Assembly (NCBI RefSeq): GCF_963853765.1
Contig: NC_088854.1
Span: 12,214,001-12,278,000, forward strand
From: Magallana gigas
Taxonomy: Eukaryota
Reading direction: 5' to 3'
Length of the DNA: 64,000 bases
Shown here: positions 36,064-50,656 of the stretch, piece after piece
Position numbering within the stretch: the stretch's first letter is position 1
How the letters are laid out: each line of letters begins with the position of its first letter
Position numbers and translations under genes: made by a program
The notes under the pieces: model-generated
What the model was told of the DNA's origin: nothing
The model's database searches: none
What the model saw: the letters and a program-made list of their open reading frames with translations, nothing else

Positions 36064-39000
36064 ATGGCGGCTTTAGTAGAAAATCCGCTAGAAAACAATT
36101 TGTCTGGACAGAAATCGGTTATCGACGACTCTATAAAGACAGGAGAAGTTATCCAATTGAAGGAAGCCAAATTTAACGAGGATGGGGTTCTTCAATATAA
36201 GGACACAGTTTTAGATAAGGAAAATCTTCATCTTGTTGGATCACTTAAAAAGTCGGAGGACATTGTAAAACACGACATAGCAAAAAGACCAAAAGCCAAT
36301 GAAGCCAAAAATGACATTGATGGCAAAACGGAAATGACGACATCTTCTCGACCGGTTACGGGTGTTTCTGTAAAGCACATCGGGGATGACAAAACAGAGA
36401 CTTCGCGAGACACCAATAGTCCTTCAAAAAGGAATGGAGTACGTTCATATTCGGAATATGGAAGATCGAGCTCGAACAGACAATCTGTTTTGGCTCCTGG
36501 AAAAGGCAGATTTGACCCCATCCCGCCCCCTAATGGTAGCAATTACCGGGGTATGCCGAGTCCAACTCCTAAACACATCCGGGTACCGACCAAACTTATC
36601 CGCCTAACGACAGTCACCGTATCCGCTAAGTGAGTATTATAGCGTTAAAAGAGACTAAAGGTGAAACATATAGAGTTAAATTTGTCAAGAAACCCGAGTT
36701 AAGGGTCATCCATAGTATACATTTAGGATTCCAGGCGGATCCAGAAAGTTTTCCCGGATATGGAGGGACCGATGGATATTTTCGTTTGTTTGGGGAGGGG
36801 GGGGGCGTGGCATTTTTGAAAAGTATTTTCGCTAACACTACCTATGAATTTAATAAGTTTGAATCCTCTCTCCAGATCCATGCATAGATTCTATAACAAC
36901 ACATCAAAGTACTATTTAGTAAATAATCATTATCACCAAAAACAGTAGTGTTTATGTATACTTATGAATACTTATTCTTCCCGTCTCTTTATTCGTAGTC
37001 TAACAACCAGTAAAATCGTAAACCCCATGAGGAGAGACACTGACGAAATGAGATAAAAGATTAGACTACCTTCGATAAATCTTTGAAAGGAATTTTTAAA
37101 CCAAGAAAAAAAGAGGATTATATAAGATATATAAAGCAATCGGCCTGCAAAACGATGCCCATTTAAACATTTCTTCATGTATAAAACAGGCTCTTTTCCT
37201 GGCAACGTTAAATTTTATACTGTCACTGAGGTTTTTATACTGTTAGCTTATAAAAGCTTATTTGGTACATAACCATGGTTCTTGCATCGCATTTAACACA
37301 TCACATTAATTCTCTTAAATGTTCTCGCATACTGTATCAATCAACCGAATTCCGTGGCAAATATCGCACAAGTTGTTCAATGCCTTAACAAATGCCTTCC
37401 CGTCCCTTAATGCTACCGTTGTCTGCATCAATACCTATATATTGAATGCTAAAGACCAAGTTTCACAATACTGTTAATAAATAAAGAGCTCTATTGATAA
37501 AAAAATCTCACTAAATATAGATTTTTACCTGTTCAGAGAATTTTCAAATAACAGGAAATTGATCCGATATCAGCTTCATTATTGGATTATAAAAGAAGCA
37601 AATTGGTCTTCTATGCTTTCGTTACAAACGCATTTAGCAACAGCCTGTGGACTGTTTCCGGGGAGGAAAGAAATGCTAAGATTTTCCTCTTGGTTTTCCT
37701 GAGCGTTTTAAGCTTCCATGTTCCCGCCACTACTTGGTCCCGTCAAGATAAGATGCTGGCAATACCACGGCAGGCAAGTACCAAATCGTGAAACTGTTAG
37801 ATACTAGTATATGTGGCTTTTCCCCCAATCCTTTAAGTACAATTCGTTCGCGTTTAGATTTGAAGTCGGTCAGTTTACATGTACATCTTGACTTTGATTA
37901 TTAATTACTATTAGTCTAATGTGCGACTCACATTAATGAATGTATGTGGTATAATGTAAAAGTCAAATCTTTTATCATAATAGATTGCTAAACTGGAATT
38001 ATGGAACTGAAAAGGTTTCCTTCCTTCAATTCAATTTGATCACAACAATGTCGTTTCATATTTGTACATCAATAGCTCAAAGGGTGGCTTCGTAAATGCT
38101 TTGTTATGAAAAATATGCACCTTGTATAGTTAGGTCTCTTTAACTTTATTGTAATTTTATTGTATAGATATTTAATATCGTTACCAACTAAGCTGATCGG
38201 ATGCAAAAGAAAACTTACGTGTTTGTAGTATTGTAGTGAATAACGAAAATCAATTCATTACTACTCGAAAGTGACCCGATTTTTGGGGGCAATTTTAACA
38301 AGTACATGTATGTTACGGTTGTCTAGAACAAGTATTTTCTGGTTTTTCACACGTATATTACAACCCATTCTGGTAGTGATTAAAACAATTTAAACCAACT
38401 TCAGGGTAGTTTTTTATGGTGTCTGTTGTCAAAGTGCATAGCTAACCGGTTTTTTTTTCAATTATCAATAACCCTCAACTCCTAAAACAATTTAGATAAA
38501 CACTTTGAATGAAACCCTGCACGGATCAATACCCATTATAATAAGGTAGAAGCTTTTAAATAATTGGTAAATGGAATTTTAAACGCTTAAAGGTAAGGAA
38601 AACATACATAGGACAAATTTTTACTCAACATTTTAAAAGTTTTCTATTTTAACTCTTGATATCGTTAATAAAGAAACTGCTATTTGACAAGAATTCTAGG
38701 GTAGATATAGACCCCGTATAAAAATTCAGTACATATACAGTTTGGGGCATGTTTTCATGTAGCTGTACACCATTACATCGTCCATGCTGCAAGCATTTGC
38801 ATGCGCAATCCTTTATATATGCTTTTAAACTATTTACTAAACAATGACATTGTTTACATTTTTATTGGTATACGACAGATGATAGAAACCACACTTTGAC
38901 AAAACCTTGCAACCTTCCAATGAACTTTTTCAATCGGAAGTAAGTCCTTCATAGTACTTAACGTCATGTAACTCTCTACGCATTCATTTTGTGACGTCAC

Positions 39001-40555
39001 AATCACTCAATATTATTACAGAAATTCCAAGAAGGTTAGTACATGTAAAAAAAAATTTGACAAGAGAAAATACACTTGTATATAATATTTGGTTAAATTT
39101 TATGAATTTAAATATTTTATATTATTTTAGACCTGTTAAAGCTTGTTACACTGGTATGGTTAATGCTATCATACCAACTTATTGCAGGCACATTTTCAAG
39201 GGGCAAAGTCACGTTTTTGGTCAAAAATTATTTTTCCATTTTTAATGTTAACAATGCTCCAGTAAGGCATTTCTAAAAGTCAACCAAATCGTCGTGTCAT
39301 AAGCGGGATACAGAGCTCACAACTATTTGTTATGTAAACAAAGCTCGTGCAGGCCATGCTTCTGTTAACATTTTGAATGTTGAAGTATAAATTCAAGTTT
39401 TAGACCTAAAATGAATAACGATAAACGCTAGGAACTGTTAATTTATGCTTTAAAAAGTCAGCAGATAGAAAATTCAACTTGAAAAAAACCTTTTACTGGT
39501 ATATTGAAATCTTGAGCCAATATAAACAAGAAAAGGACACGAGCCTTGTTTACATAACAAAGAATTGTGAGCTCTGTATCTTGCTTATAACTCTACGGCT
39601 AACACTCAATTTTGGTTGCTCATTAGAATGAATTTCTAAAGCATTGTAAACAATATAAACAGAAAAATAAAGTTTGACCAAAATCGTGACCATGCCCCTT
39701 AAAGATACTAAGCTTCGATTAACAATGAAACATATACTAATAGCCGCTTGTTGCAAAACAGTATTTCCAAGAGTACTTCAATTAATATAACCAAAAAATT
39801 CTAGATAATGTTAATTATCTCAAATGAAGCAAAAGAAAATTTACATAAAAGTTTAACCATGTAAAGATATCCGTACTTATAAGTGACGTTGAAATTGATA
39901 CGAAATATGTTTGATTTATGTTTAAAGAATCAAAAAGATGGGGAGGGGGTCACATTAACACTATGGACAATACACCTATAGATCCCCTGCAGCTTTTTTA
40001 TGAATCCGGAATTTTAAAGTTTATTCGCCAATCGGTCAACCCCTATAGAGACTTAAAATCCGATTTCATTAGCTTGAGGTTGCATTAATCTCTTTTCCCT
40101 CTTAACATAGTTAAAACATGTTAAGATCTACCCTTTAACAACAAATCTCTGTGAACCGTTCCAAAAACAAATCTTGAAAACATGGCTGAACACAGACGGA
40201 GTTGAAACAAAAAGCAAACAATGCACACAAACGGAACTTTTCAGGTGGTTCTAGCGAACAAATCGTTTACAGTCACTGGACTATCATCTCTATCGAAAAA
40301 TGGTTCAAACAAATCCACTCCCAAATCAAGGTATTTTAATTCAATGAGTCCACGTTTCTAGATTTTAATTTGGATGACGATTATCTGCCCCTTGTGAAGT
40401 TTAGAAATAATATGATCTGCCTATTATTGATTTTCTTGTTTTCAGAAATAGTTTTCTTGAGAACCTCGTCGTAGTCAAGATAACATTGAACACTGCTAAA
40501 TTGATGAATTTGCGAAACCACTTAGTGCTGTTCTTCGCAAAACAGATTTTTATTT

Positions 40556-40611
<56 letters not shown>

Positions 40612-43476
40612 TACGTAAAAGTTGTACCATTTCGCGTACCACTTGTTGACATATTACATATGTACTCACTTATTTTAATGTCGTAATATCTATTTACAGA
40701 ACGAAACCGGCACCCCGACCACCAATGAGCAGTCTGTATTATGAAGAGCCCAAAAAGCCGAAGAAGGTGGTTGGATGGGACGAGGCGAACAGTGCCCGAC
40801 CCCCACTGAGGATCGATATGGAGGGACCAGGGCCGTGTACATACTCACCGCAGAATAAACCCTTGTATGAAACGAACGCCCCGTCCTGGTCGTTTGGCAG
40901 CAAAACTCAACCAGATAAAGGTAGATGTAATTACGTTCTCAAAAAGTGCTCCTAGAGGAGAAAAGGGCCTTCAGACCACGGAAGTGTGCTACAGTGTTCC
41001 TTTGCTAGTATACAACATGCCTTCTTGTGATTTTACTCCACCTTCATTACAGAAAAGGCTTATAAGTTTTAAATGTGTTCTTCTGTTTTTTAACGCTATA
41101 ATCCTATGAAGATAGCTGTTCTTATTTATCAATTCTTGTCAAGAATCAAAATACATACATGTATTATTAGAAGTCATTCTTTGCACCTTGAAATTTGGTT
41201 GTTTACTCGTAAGTTTGGAATCCTTTATAACCTGTAAACCAAATTATTTTAGTCTTTGAATAGGACATTTATCCTTGTTAGAGGATGTTTTACATTTTAC
41301 ATATCATATGTACATTAGAAGACACGTTGCCAATCTGAAGAATTGCCGAAAATGTAACTAAAAATAGAGATGACAAACATGTAGCCATACCTTTCGTTAA
41401 AAAAACCCAAACCATAACACATACATTTATTTTGGATTTATTTCCAGATGGTGGAGGCCGAACCTCGTGGGAGAAATCGTGGTTTCAAAGTCCCCACATA
41501 TACCAACAGAAAACAGATTTCTTCTCCGATAATGCGGTTTGTTTTGATATAAAACAATATCATCACCCATATCATCAATTCATTCTCAAGCATAATACAC
41601 CACAAAGTCTTCAAGTTCTGAATTTTTGCCATTAGTAAACCGAGTTTAATTATTACAACGTTATGTCTTAACAGTGGCCTACGCCCAGCTCCTACACACA
41701 GCGCCCCCTTCTGGGGCCCAGACAGAGGACCACGATTGAGGCCCCTTCCTTCAGTATCGGTGTCAGGAGGAAAATCGACTTGTCCAACCCAGGTACGCCG
41801 TGCATGCATGTTTTGTTTTTCTTCAACTAATCTAATCATTTTCCTTTTTCTTTTGCCATGTCATTTAGCAATATTTGTCAGAAAATTAGAATGGTGGAAG
41901 TAAAAATTATACTATATAAAGAGAAATAGCACCGTGCTATGTGCTCAATGTGTATACTTATGCTTGTGAATTAAATATGAACAATCTATTGTAATGCCTG
42001 TTATATTTTGACTATAAAAACATAGCTTAAGCTATTTTATGTGACGAATGATAATTAGTTGAATATTATGCAGTTTTCTGAAAACGAATATCCTATCACT
42101 GCCCGTTTCTAATGTATTTCACAGGGTCTTTTAAACAGCCCTCACCCGGGGAGTACGAGAAGAACCAGGCGGACAAAGTAGTGTACAGATCCAGTCCTGC
42201 CTTCTCACACCAGTTCCGTAGAGAAGGGACAGTGCTCTGGTCCCATAATGGTAAGGTCAAACGGAATGTACTGGCATCACATTGGATTATGATTAATTGG
42301 TATCAAATAAAATGACTCTTTATATTGTTATTGTATCACGGGTGCGGTGTTTTTCCTTTGAAAACTTCTGTTCATTAATTCTTAATACCCTTACAGAGGC
42401 GGAGCTTAAGGCATGCGTTATCGTGCAATTTTAGGAAGTTATTGCATGTACAATAACTTCCAAAATATACATGAATCCACAGCCACGCTATTAAAATTAT
42501 TTCCAAATTGACAGTTACTTTTTAAACTTGCACGAAATCATTCAACAAGCATGTGTCCAAAATATTTTTATTGGTCGCTTATATAAACAAAACGGCAAAT
42601 AAATGGCCATTGCCATAGATTAAATGCAAAAAAAAAAACAACAAAAAAAGTTCACACAGTGCTCAACTCATAAGATTCGGCTGCGATCGCTGAAAATTGG
42701 TCGGTTTACACAATATCAAACAAACAAAAAACATTTCACACAGCACCTCTGCTCCTAAGGTTTAGCAGTTGAAAGAAATGTTGCAATTGCTAAAAATCGG
42801 ACGGTTTTGGGATAATTCTTTTAATACACTCGAATAACTGGTTTTCGGCAATTCATCAGATACTTCAACTTTCATTTTCTTGGACTTGCATGTACCAATG
42901 CAGTTTTCTCCATCATCAGAGGCTCGATCACGCTTCAGTGAGCAAGTTGTGGGAGGCGGATCTAGGACAGATGCTACTTTCTGTTGGATCTCTGTCGATG
43001 ACTGCTTGTATTTGCGCACGCTTTTTTCAGACCTGTGCCCAGTTCTTGCCATGATTTCCTGTTCATCGACACCAGCCATGTAAAGTTGTGTCGCACAACT
43101 TCGTTTTCCGCTGTGATTTGTATAATTGCCCTTCAGACCACCACGCTCACAAATGATCTTCATGAAGTTTTTCAGCTTGTTGATACCTATTGGTTGTTCA
43201 CCATAACGAATAGGATAGCCATGGAGAGGTCGTCTGTAAAATGCACCTCGTCCCCCCAGTGCTTCAATGTACTGTTTAAAGAAATCTGCTACATTTCGAT
43301 CCACTAGAAAGAAACAAACCAGAAGTCCATTACATAAGATTAAAGGTACACATACGTGGATCCAGAAAATTTTCCCACCAGGGGGAAAGGGGGGGTTGTC
43401 CGCCCACACCTCCTCCTAGATCCGCGCATGAACGTACACTTTAAAAATCATACATCTAAAATGATGAGAGAAAGAG

Positions 43477-43547
<71 letters not shown>

Positions 43548-45638
43548 CTTACCATTCTGGCAATAATGACGGATGTTTTTGTTGGAAATCTCCAGATCCT
43601 TGAGGCCACCTTTGTATGTTTTATTGCTGCGTCCGAAAAATTCAACATACTTCCCTCCTTGATCTTCTCCAATTGCAAACTGATCACATTTTAACTGGTG
43701 ATGCTCGTCGTGGCCCCTCAAAGCAAATAACTTGCACGCATAGAAGAACACCGTACTCTGCAATGCCTCAGCAGTGGAATTTCCGAAGACACCCTTTTCC
43801 CAAAGCACTTTTTCGTCTTCAGGTAGAACTGCCTGCGCCTGCTTGACCTTCAATCGAAATATTTGTCAGTATTAGATAAGAAGCCAAATTATCAAAAATT
43901 CAAATATTTTACTTAGTTTTGCAAAAAAACAAAATCTTACCTTTGTGCCGAATCCCATTTGTAGCAGCTCCTTCATCCTTGCGTCGAGTATTTTTCGGAA
44001 TTCGGAAAACTCCAATGTTTTGGTGCAGAGAAAGTTTTTATCATAAACTTTCTTGTCTCTAAGGTGTCGTAAAAGGCCACAGGAAATGAGATATAGTGAG
44101 CGTGGAGGGTACGGTTGTCCATCCTGTTTTCTGGCTTCAGCAATGAAACGCCCAAGATAGTAATTCATTTCTTCGGTGTTCATGTCATGCAATTCCTTCA
44201 CAGATTCGCCATAACTGTTTCTGTGTGCACGCCAAGACTCAAACACACGGAGCGCCCAGGTCGTGTTTTTCTTAGTGTTGACATTTTCCTGAGAATCTAT
44301 CAAATTTTTAACGTCCGTTTCTGATAATGGTGCAACAAAACGGGTATTTTCCGTAGCAGATACGCTGGCAGTCGGTTTAATATCAGGTTCCACCAAAACA
44401 TCGGCATCACTCAACTCGGGTAAATTCACGTCGAAATTGACCATACTTGAACCGAAATCTGTTTGCTCATAGGAACAAAAATCCATGTGGTCCAGCGGAT
44501 CAGCATGATGGCTGAATCCGTATGCCTGCATTGTCTGTGACATAGTCAATTTGTCAAATCCTTCAAAAACGGCGTTTTCTTTTTCCATTTCTTCGCAGAC
44601 TTGAGACAGAGTAAGGTCATCGATGTCCGCCTGGAAAACATCGAACGCAGAAAAATCGCCAACGTCCATTTCGTCCTGCATCGCGCAACTATTATGAAAG
44701 AGGCGCGAATTCAGTCCGTGCTAATTTGGGTGGAGCTAAAACAATGGGTCAAGTGACCAATGATTGACATGATACAAGTTCCTTATTGAACAATTATATT
44801 TTGGGTATCACGTGATATTCTGATGGGTGTGAACTCGTTCGCTGACGCGAACTCGTCACCACCCATCAGAATATCTCGTGATACCCAAAATAATTGTTCA
44901 ATAACTGTAACATATCTGAAAAAATATCACATCACTAGAGGGGACAGTGCTCTGGTCCCATAAAGGCAAAATCTAACAGAATGAACCGACACAACACTTC
45001 ACTATGGTTGATTGGTGTCAAATAATATTTTGAGAACAAATGAATATGAAATAGCAGTTTACTACATGTACATGTACATATGAAAGTCGATTGAAAGAAT
45101 ATTTGATTTGATACCAATTTAATCATAATCAATCGGGATGATGATTAATTGTTAAGGCAAGAAAGATTTCTCTGAATAATATCACATTACTTGTATTTCT
45201 TTGGAATATTAATCTAAAAAACTCACCGCATATTTCGTAATAAACTTTGAAGGTTAATATTATAGCAAATCATAATAAACATCCGAATTATATTCAGAAA
45301 GTATAATTTTAGGGGAAAACAAAATATAAAAAAAATAAAATAAATGAACGAAAAGTGATATGTATAATGAATTTGCGTGCGTTTTTTTTTAAGTTTGTTA
45401 TTAATCATAGATCTTGTGTAGGAAGTGATAGTCTTGTAGATATTACTTTACCCGAGGTAATATCGCTAATTAATGATGAAAATAAATTCTCCATGTTGTT
45501 TTTTTTACAGAAAAGACCCCCGGTCCGGCAGCGTACAGTCCTCGTCTAGATAATTCCAAACTGATGAGCCCAGCTTTCACCATCCGAAGTTTACGGCGGG
45601 AAAAGTCGCACGTGCTTGGGCCTTTCGCTACCTTCTGA
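36064..45638 (+). CDS. STPG3: Sperm-tail PG-rich repeat protein, STPG3-like; exons 36064-36629, 40700-40920, 41448-41536, 41675-41792, 42125-42250, 45511-45638
   Basis: All six exons join in frame at GT-AG sites. SHIPPO/PG repeats GPGPCTY, PSPGEY and TPGPAAY, each followed by P-A/S-F/W-S/T motifs. GGGRTSWEKSWFQS..WPTPSSY resembles vertebrate STPG3 as I remember it. Confidence 0.75.
39198..39699. mobile_element. MITE with AGGGGCA(T/A)(G/A)GTCACG TIRs, Kolobok-like (TTAA-like flanks)
   Basis: Left AAGGGGCAAAGTCACGTTTTTGGTCAAA and right TTTGACCAAAATCGTGACCATGCCCCTT. A shorter relative lies at ~60023-60236. Confidence 0.6.
42330..44911 (-). mobile_element. Crypton-type transposon, copy 3 (subfamily B), inverted near-identical copy of 23351-25905, in STPG3 intron 5
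   Basis: The reverse complement matches copy 2 end to end. The differences I could see are in (CT)n and homopolymer lengths (2582 vs 2555 bp). The listed ORF translations are identical. Confidence 0.92.
42762..44681 (-). CDS. Crypton tyrosine recombinase, 3 exons (44681-43941, 43847-43553, 43303-42762), 525 aa, intact
   Basis: Same exon lengths, splice sites and protein as copy 2. Confidence 0.9.
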
Positions 45639-45950
45639 TTGTTGTGAACTTTTCCTACCTGTCTGTGATAAAGATACGTTTAAGGATCTACTGTTAATTT
45701 TATAATTTTGTATGTATAATATCTTTATGTGATATATATGTTATATTTTCTTATATGTATTGTTGATATATTTGTGTAATATGTTGAATTTTGCTCAAAC
45801 GAGTCATTGCAGTATTTTTATTTATTTTTCTTGTGAAAAAAATAAAATAAGCGAAAGCCAGTTTTCTTGTTTATGAATAGAAATTTTAAATTATTTGATG
45901 TACCCAAGCCATGTCACTGCCTATTCTTGCCTCATTTTTGTTTAAAAAGG

Positions 45951-46483
45951 CATGCGCGGATCCAGAGGGGGCGAGTGTTAGAAATTTCTATATATAATTA
46001 ATACAGGGTGTCCCATAATATCTGTTACCATTAGAAATTCATTTAAATTCAATTATGTTCGGGCAAAACTTGTAAAAGCAAAACAGTTTAATTTACAACC
46101 CCCCCCCCCCCCCCCCGCGCAAAAATTTTAAAGAGAAAAACATGCCTTTCATGGAATTGGATGTCACAAAATTGCATCATATTTCTTTGGTTTAATTGAA
46201 TTTTATTTGAGATGAGTCGGGCAGGAGAGCAGACATCTCCCGTTTTAAAACTGTATTTCTAAATAAAGACCCCATATAAAGATGTACGATTTATATAATA
46301 AGAATACTCTGGGGAAAAACAACTCAACAAGCAACACATTCTTTAAATAGTGAGAGGATTTGAGAAAATGGTATCTTAAATTTACATCGTAAAGTTACCG
46401 AAAATAAGCCTCAGACTCTGTAGTAAACACGATCATCGATCCTCGGACCCCCCATCCCCGTGGAATTATTTGGATCTGTGCAT
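45951..46483. mobile_element. MITE of the CATGCGCGGATCCAG family, possibly composite
   Basis: CATGCGCGGATCCAG at 45951 and TGGATCTGTGCATG at ~46470-46483. Confidence 0.5.
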
Positions 46484-46625
46484 GGAGAGAGACAGACAGA
46501 CAGACAAAGATAGATAGATGAAGAGACATATCATTTATATTTACAAATTATTTTGTTCGCAATGAAGAACACCGACATAAATAAGAGTTATCGTTCTTTG
46601 CAAATTTGAGAAGCGTCTTTAGAAA

Positions 46626-49600
46626 ATGTCGACAAACAAGAAGAGGAAGGTTTCTGGGGAAAAACCGCAACGATTTCCAGGAGAGGTCGACGATGTTCAC
46701 CCACTGTCATTTATAACGATGCCCCCGCAACCCAAGGAGAAAAAGCCTGGTCAACTCTCCGAAAAACAACTGAAGCAATATTTCGACGAAGTAAGTACAC
46801 CGAGTTCCAATTTCACATTTATCTACAAGTATATGTACAGTAATCTGTACTTTTCATTTCTAATTTTGATACTTTAAATTGCATAAACAGTTTTTACATT
46901 GTATACCTGTTAAGATGTTATACCCTTTTTAACATTTTGTCAAAATCTTTTTATATATATGAAAATAAAATAAAATTTAAAATCAATCATTTTACCTAAT
47001 AAGTAGTGTAGAAGTTAGGGGTCAATGCAAAAGTGGTATAATGCAATGAAAATTGATATCAAATTACAAATTGTTACTCAACTTTCAAGTTTACAATATA
47101 TTTTTTATCACTGGCACCGGCGGCCAACGAAACGTGCGTGGGTTTACATGAATTAACTTTTTATCGCCTGCATTCTGTAGGGGTACACGGTAGTGGAGGA
47201 CTTCTTTACACCAGAAGAGCTTCAGCCCTGCCGGGACTCTATCTCTCAAATGGTCGATAATCTGGCAGATAAACTCCACCAGGCCGGGAAGATAACAGGT
47301 GACAACAGCCCCCGCCATAAAACCTCGACTCCCTCTAATCTGTCCCACGTCCTTGGACAGAAGTGGGACATAGTGTACCCCGCCAAAAAGTCGTTGATTT
47401 TTCATATTGCTCGCCATATGCAGTACTAGTTATCTGTTTCAAAGTATTGATTGCAAGACATGCACAAAATGTAATTTTCGACAAAATATGCAGTTTATGT
47501 TTTTGGACTACACATTTATATAGCAATTAATGAAAGTAGTGTTGATATCATTTCTTTCTTGTATATCTGTTCTTTAATATGCTAGTTTGCATTATATCAA
47601 CCCTTTTTTAGCTGATTAAACTTAACCTTCCCCTCCTTAATAGTGGAAAACAAAGCTACAAAAGATGGCAAAAACATAACCTGTCTATAATCTTTATCCT
47701 CTCAGTGTCCTTCATCTTACTTATTGTTTCAGTATTATCATCAATTTAAATTTTCATTGCAGAAAAATTTGAAGAATATGGGTTGTTCCAAAGACTTACC
47801 AAACTGGAAGAAGCATACCCTGGATCAAATATACTTCTGTTTAAATCACAAAAAATGCCAAAAGTATAAAGCTCTCATGCAACATCTTAGATAAGGTAAA
47901 ACTTTAATTGTATTTAGGGTGATAATTTTGACGATTAATATAATATATCTTCATTTCAGTCGTTCCAAAACTTATGGTGCAATGAAAGATTGCTCAACAT
48001 CATGGAGCAGATTCTTGGACCGGAAGTGGCGGGGCATCCTGTGTGGAACTTGCGCACCAAAACTCCAAACAGTCGAGCGGTGGACATCCCTTGGCATCAA
48101 GGTAAAAAATCAATAAGAATCAAAGCAACCATGTGGTACGTTAATATCATTCTTAAATGAAAATTAAAGTAAATCTTTCATGTTTTAAACCAAATATATT
48201 TAAAACATTAACTTGTTTCAGATAGTGCGTATTTCAGCAATGAATCTTACGACCATATGATAGCGACAGCTTGGATACCATTTCTAGACGCCACGGAGGA
48301 AAACGGCTGTATGCAGGTACATGTACTATACTTATACAAGCGTTCAGAAGTTTCAAAACAATGTAATTTGTAAAAACAAAGAACAAGTTTCTGTCCATTA
48401 TTGACGCACGAGTAGATATTCATTTACAATAAGCTGAATGAAAACGGGGAGAAAAGCCAAGGCACGCAATGGTGATCTTTCAAATTGTTACTCAGAAATT
48501 CATTCTCCTTTTATCTAGTTCATGTAATTGAAATAACAAAATTGCATGTAGGTTGCGAGAAATGGACATCGGAAGGGTAAGGTTGCTACCCACCAATGCT
48601 GCGCTGGTCCTACTTGGTATGTTATGCTGGAGGAAGAGGAAATGAAGAAAACATTGGGTATGAAAAAAACCAGCAAGATAGTAAAACATGTAAATTGAAT
48701 GTATAAGACACGCTGAAGAGGCATCTTCTTTGGTTACTTTCTATAGATGTTGACATTGAAAAGGATATCCTGACACTGCCCATTAAATATGGCGGGTTTC
48801 TGCTCTTCAACAATATTACACCTCATAGAAGGTAAACAGTTGAGTTTGTTTTTTAATCATGTTTACGAGAAAGTGTGTTTTCATGAAAAAAAATATACTC
48901 CGTGGAATTTAATCTTCAACATATTTGCTGCAGCTTAATGAATTACTCCAATGAAATTCGATGGAGTGTAGACTTACGCTGGCAATCTCCCAAGCATCAC
49001 TGGGGATTTTACGACATCGGAGAAGGAGTCCTCTTCCGGTCTGCCGAAAAGGAAATTAAGGAACCCGACTGGGAGAAGTTCTTTTCAGTTGACAGGAAAG
49101 AAATATGGCAGAAAAAATATTTTGCACAGGTAATGGAATTGTTCGGCCATGATGTGTGTTTGTCCTTGGTACGTTATAATTAATATCAACGTGCATTTTT
49201 TGCTCCAAGTCAACGTCGTTTACAAAAAAAAAGGAGAAGCTATTGTAATTATACTCTGTCCCGAGTTTTTGCTTCCACCAATTTTTGCTTGATATTTTAA
49301 TAATAGTAAGTACCTTTGTGCTCAAACTATGTTCATCCACTAATATAAAAAATGTCCAGATTATCTGTTTTGAAACGCCCCCTCTACCGCTTAGGTTTCA
49401 ATACACATCCCGAAATTGAAAGTCTACGGAGATTTTGCATTTCAACAGCCATTAATAAGCATGGATGATAACGTTAAAAAATTGTGCGATGTATTCCGAG
49501 TGTATTCCGAATGAAGAAAAGATGTAAGCATTCCCCATTATAAATCTCCGTAAGGAATCTGTTTTCTTTCCTGTGAATTTTTCTGAGTGAAAAGGGATAA

Positions 49601-50656
49601 TTGTTCAATGAAGATTTCTTGGATATATTCCCTTTTAACGATTTAAACTATATTTCTTTCACAGGTATGTGTAATTTTATTAAAAATCATCAAAAGCACA
49701 TATTTGCTATTTTAATTCAACCTATAAAATCTGCTATAAAATCTCTAGGACCCGTTTAGGGGTTGGGGTTATGATTTTATCCGTGTATTTTGTTTTCATT
49801 TTGCAAAAAATGACATTATTAATGAATACAAATATGCTTTTAGCTTATTTGATATAAACAAAGATGCTCATTGGTATTGTATCTCGACTATGATACTCTG
49901 CTATATCTACAACAAAGCTTATCCCTTTTCAGCTCTTTTACATGAACCTTTATTGAAAGAATGCATATCGACGTCAGTCGAGTTATGTTAATGCTTTTGA
50001 TATTTTTGGGAAGGGTATACAGCTGTATGAGGGATTGGAGTAACTATACATTCGACAATTACATGTTCAGTTTGAAATATGTTATGAAAATTGATTGTAT
50101 CTTTGGTTTCACTTGTTCATGATACCGGTAAATAAATTTTTTTCTGATTTAAAAAAATAAATATAACACTTAATTACACTGTCTGCAAACCTTAAAATTG
50201 TCCAGAATTTTTTTAAAATCTATACCATTTTGAACTGAATTCCCGACCTTGACTATAACTTGCTATAATATAATTGTAATCAAACATGTAGAAATTTGAC
50301 ACTTGTATAAGTGTTCTGATTTATAAACGATATATATCTTGGTACCAATTTAATTTTTTTCTATATTGGCTATGATATTCTTAAACACGGAACTTTTAAA
50401 GTAGGGAAATGTATTTATATGTAAATGAACTGGTGATCATTTCATCCTTAGAAAAACTTACTTTAAAACGTACACAATTAAAGAATGTTTTTTTTTTTGT
50501 TTTTTTTTTTTTTGTTTTTTTACAAAAGTATCTATTTTAATTATTGTACAGAAGGACGAGATGGATCCGTTTGACACTACAATCACGGGGCCGTGGATTG
50601 GTCGATGGGAAGTCGTCAACCACAACAAACACACAGACGCATTCAAGCCTGGGTAG
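46626..50656 (+). CDS. Phytanoyl-CoA dioxygenase (PhyH) family Fe(II)/2OG dioxygenase, about 9 exons
   Basis: Exons encode QLKQYFDE/GYTVVEDFFT, PWHQ/DSAY (HxD facial triad), TAWIPFLDATEENGCMQ, LFNNITPHRS (distal His) and RWSVDLRWQ. Last exon 50552-50656 ends AFKPG*. Confidence 0.88.

Noticed and set aside
25906-42329. Inversion already mediated by Crypton copies 2 and 3
   Set aside because: STPG3 exons 1-5 (inside the interval) and exon 6 (outside) are on the same strand and in frame, so this haplotype is not inverted.
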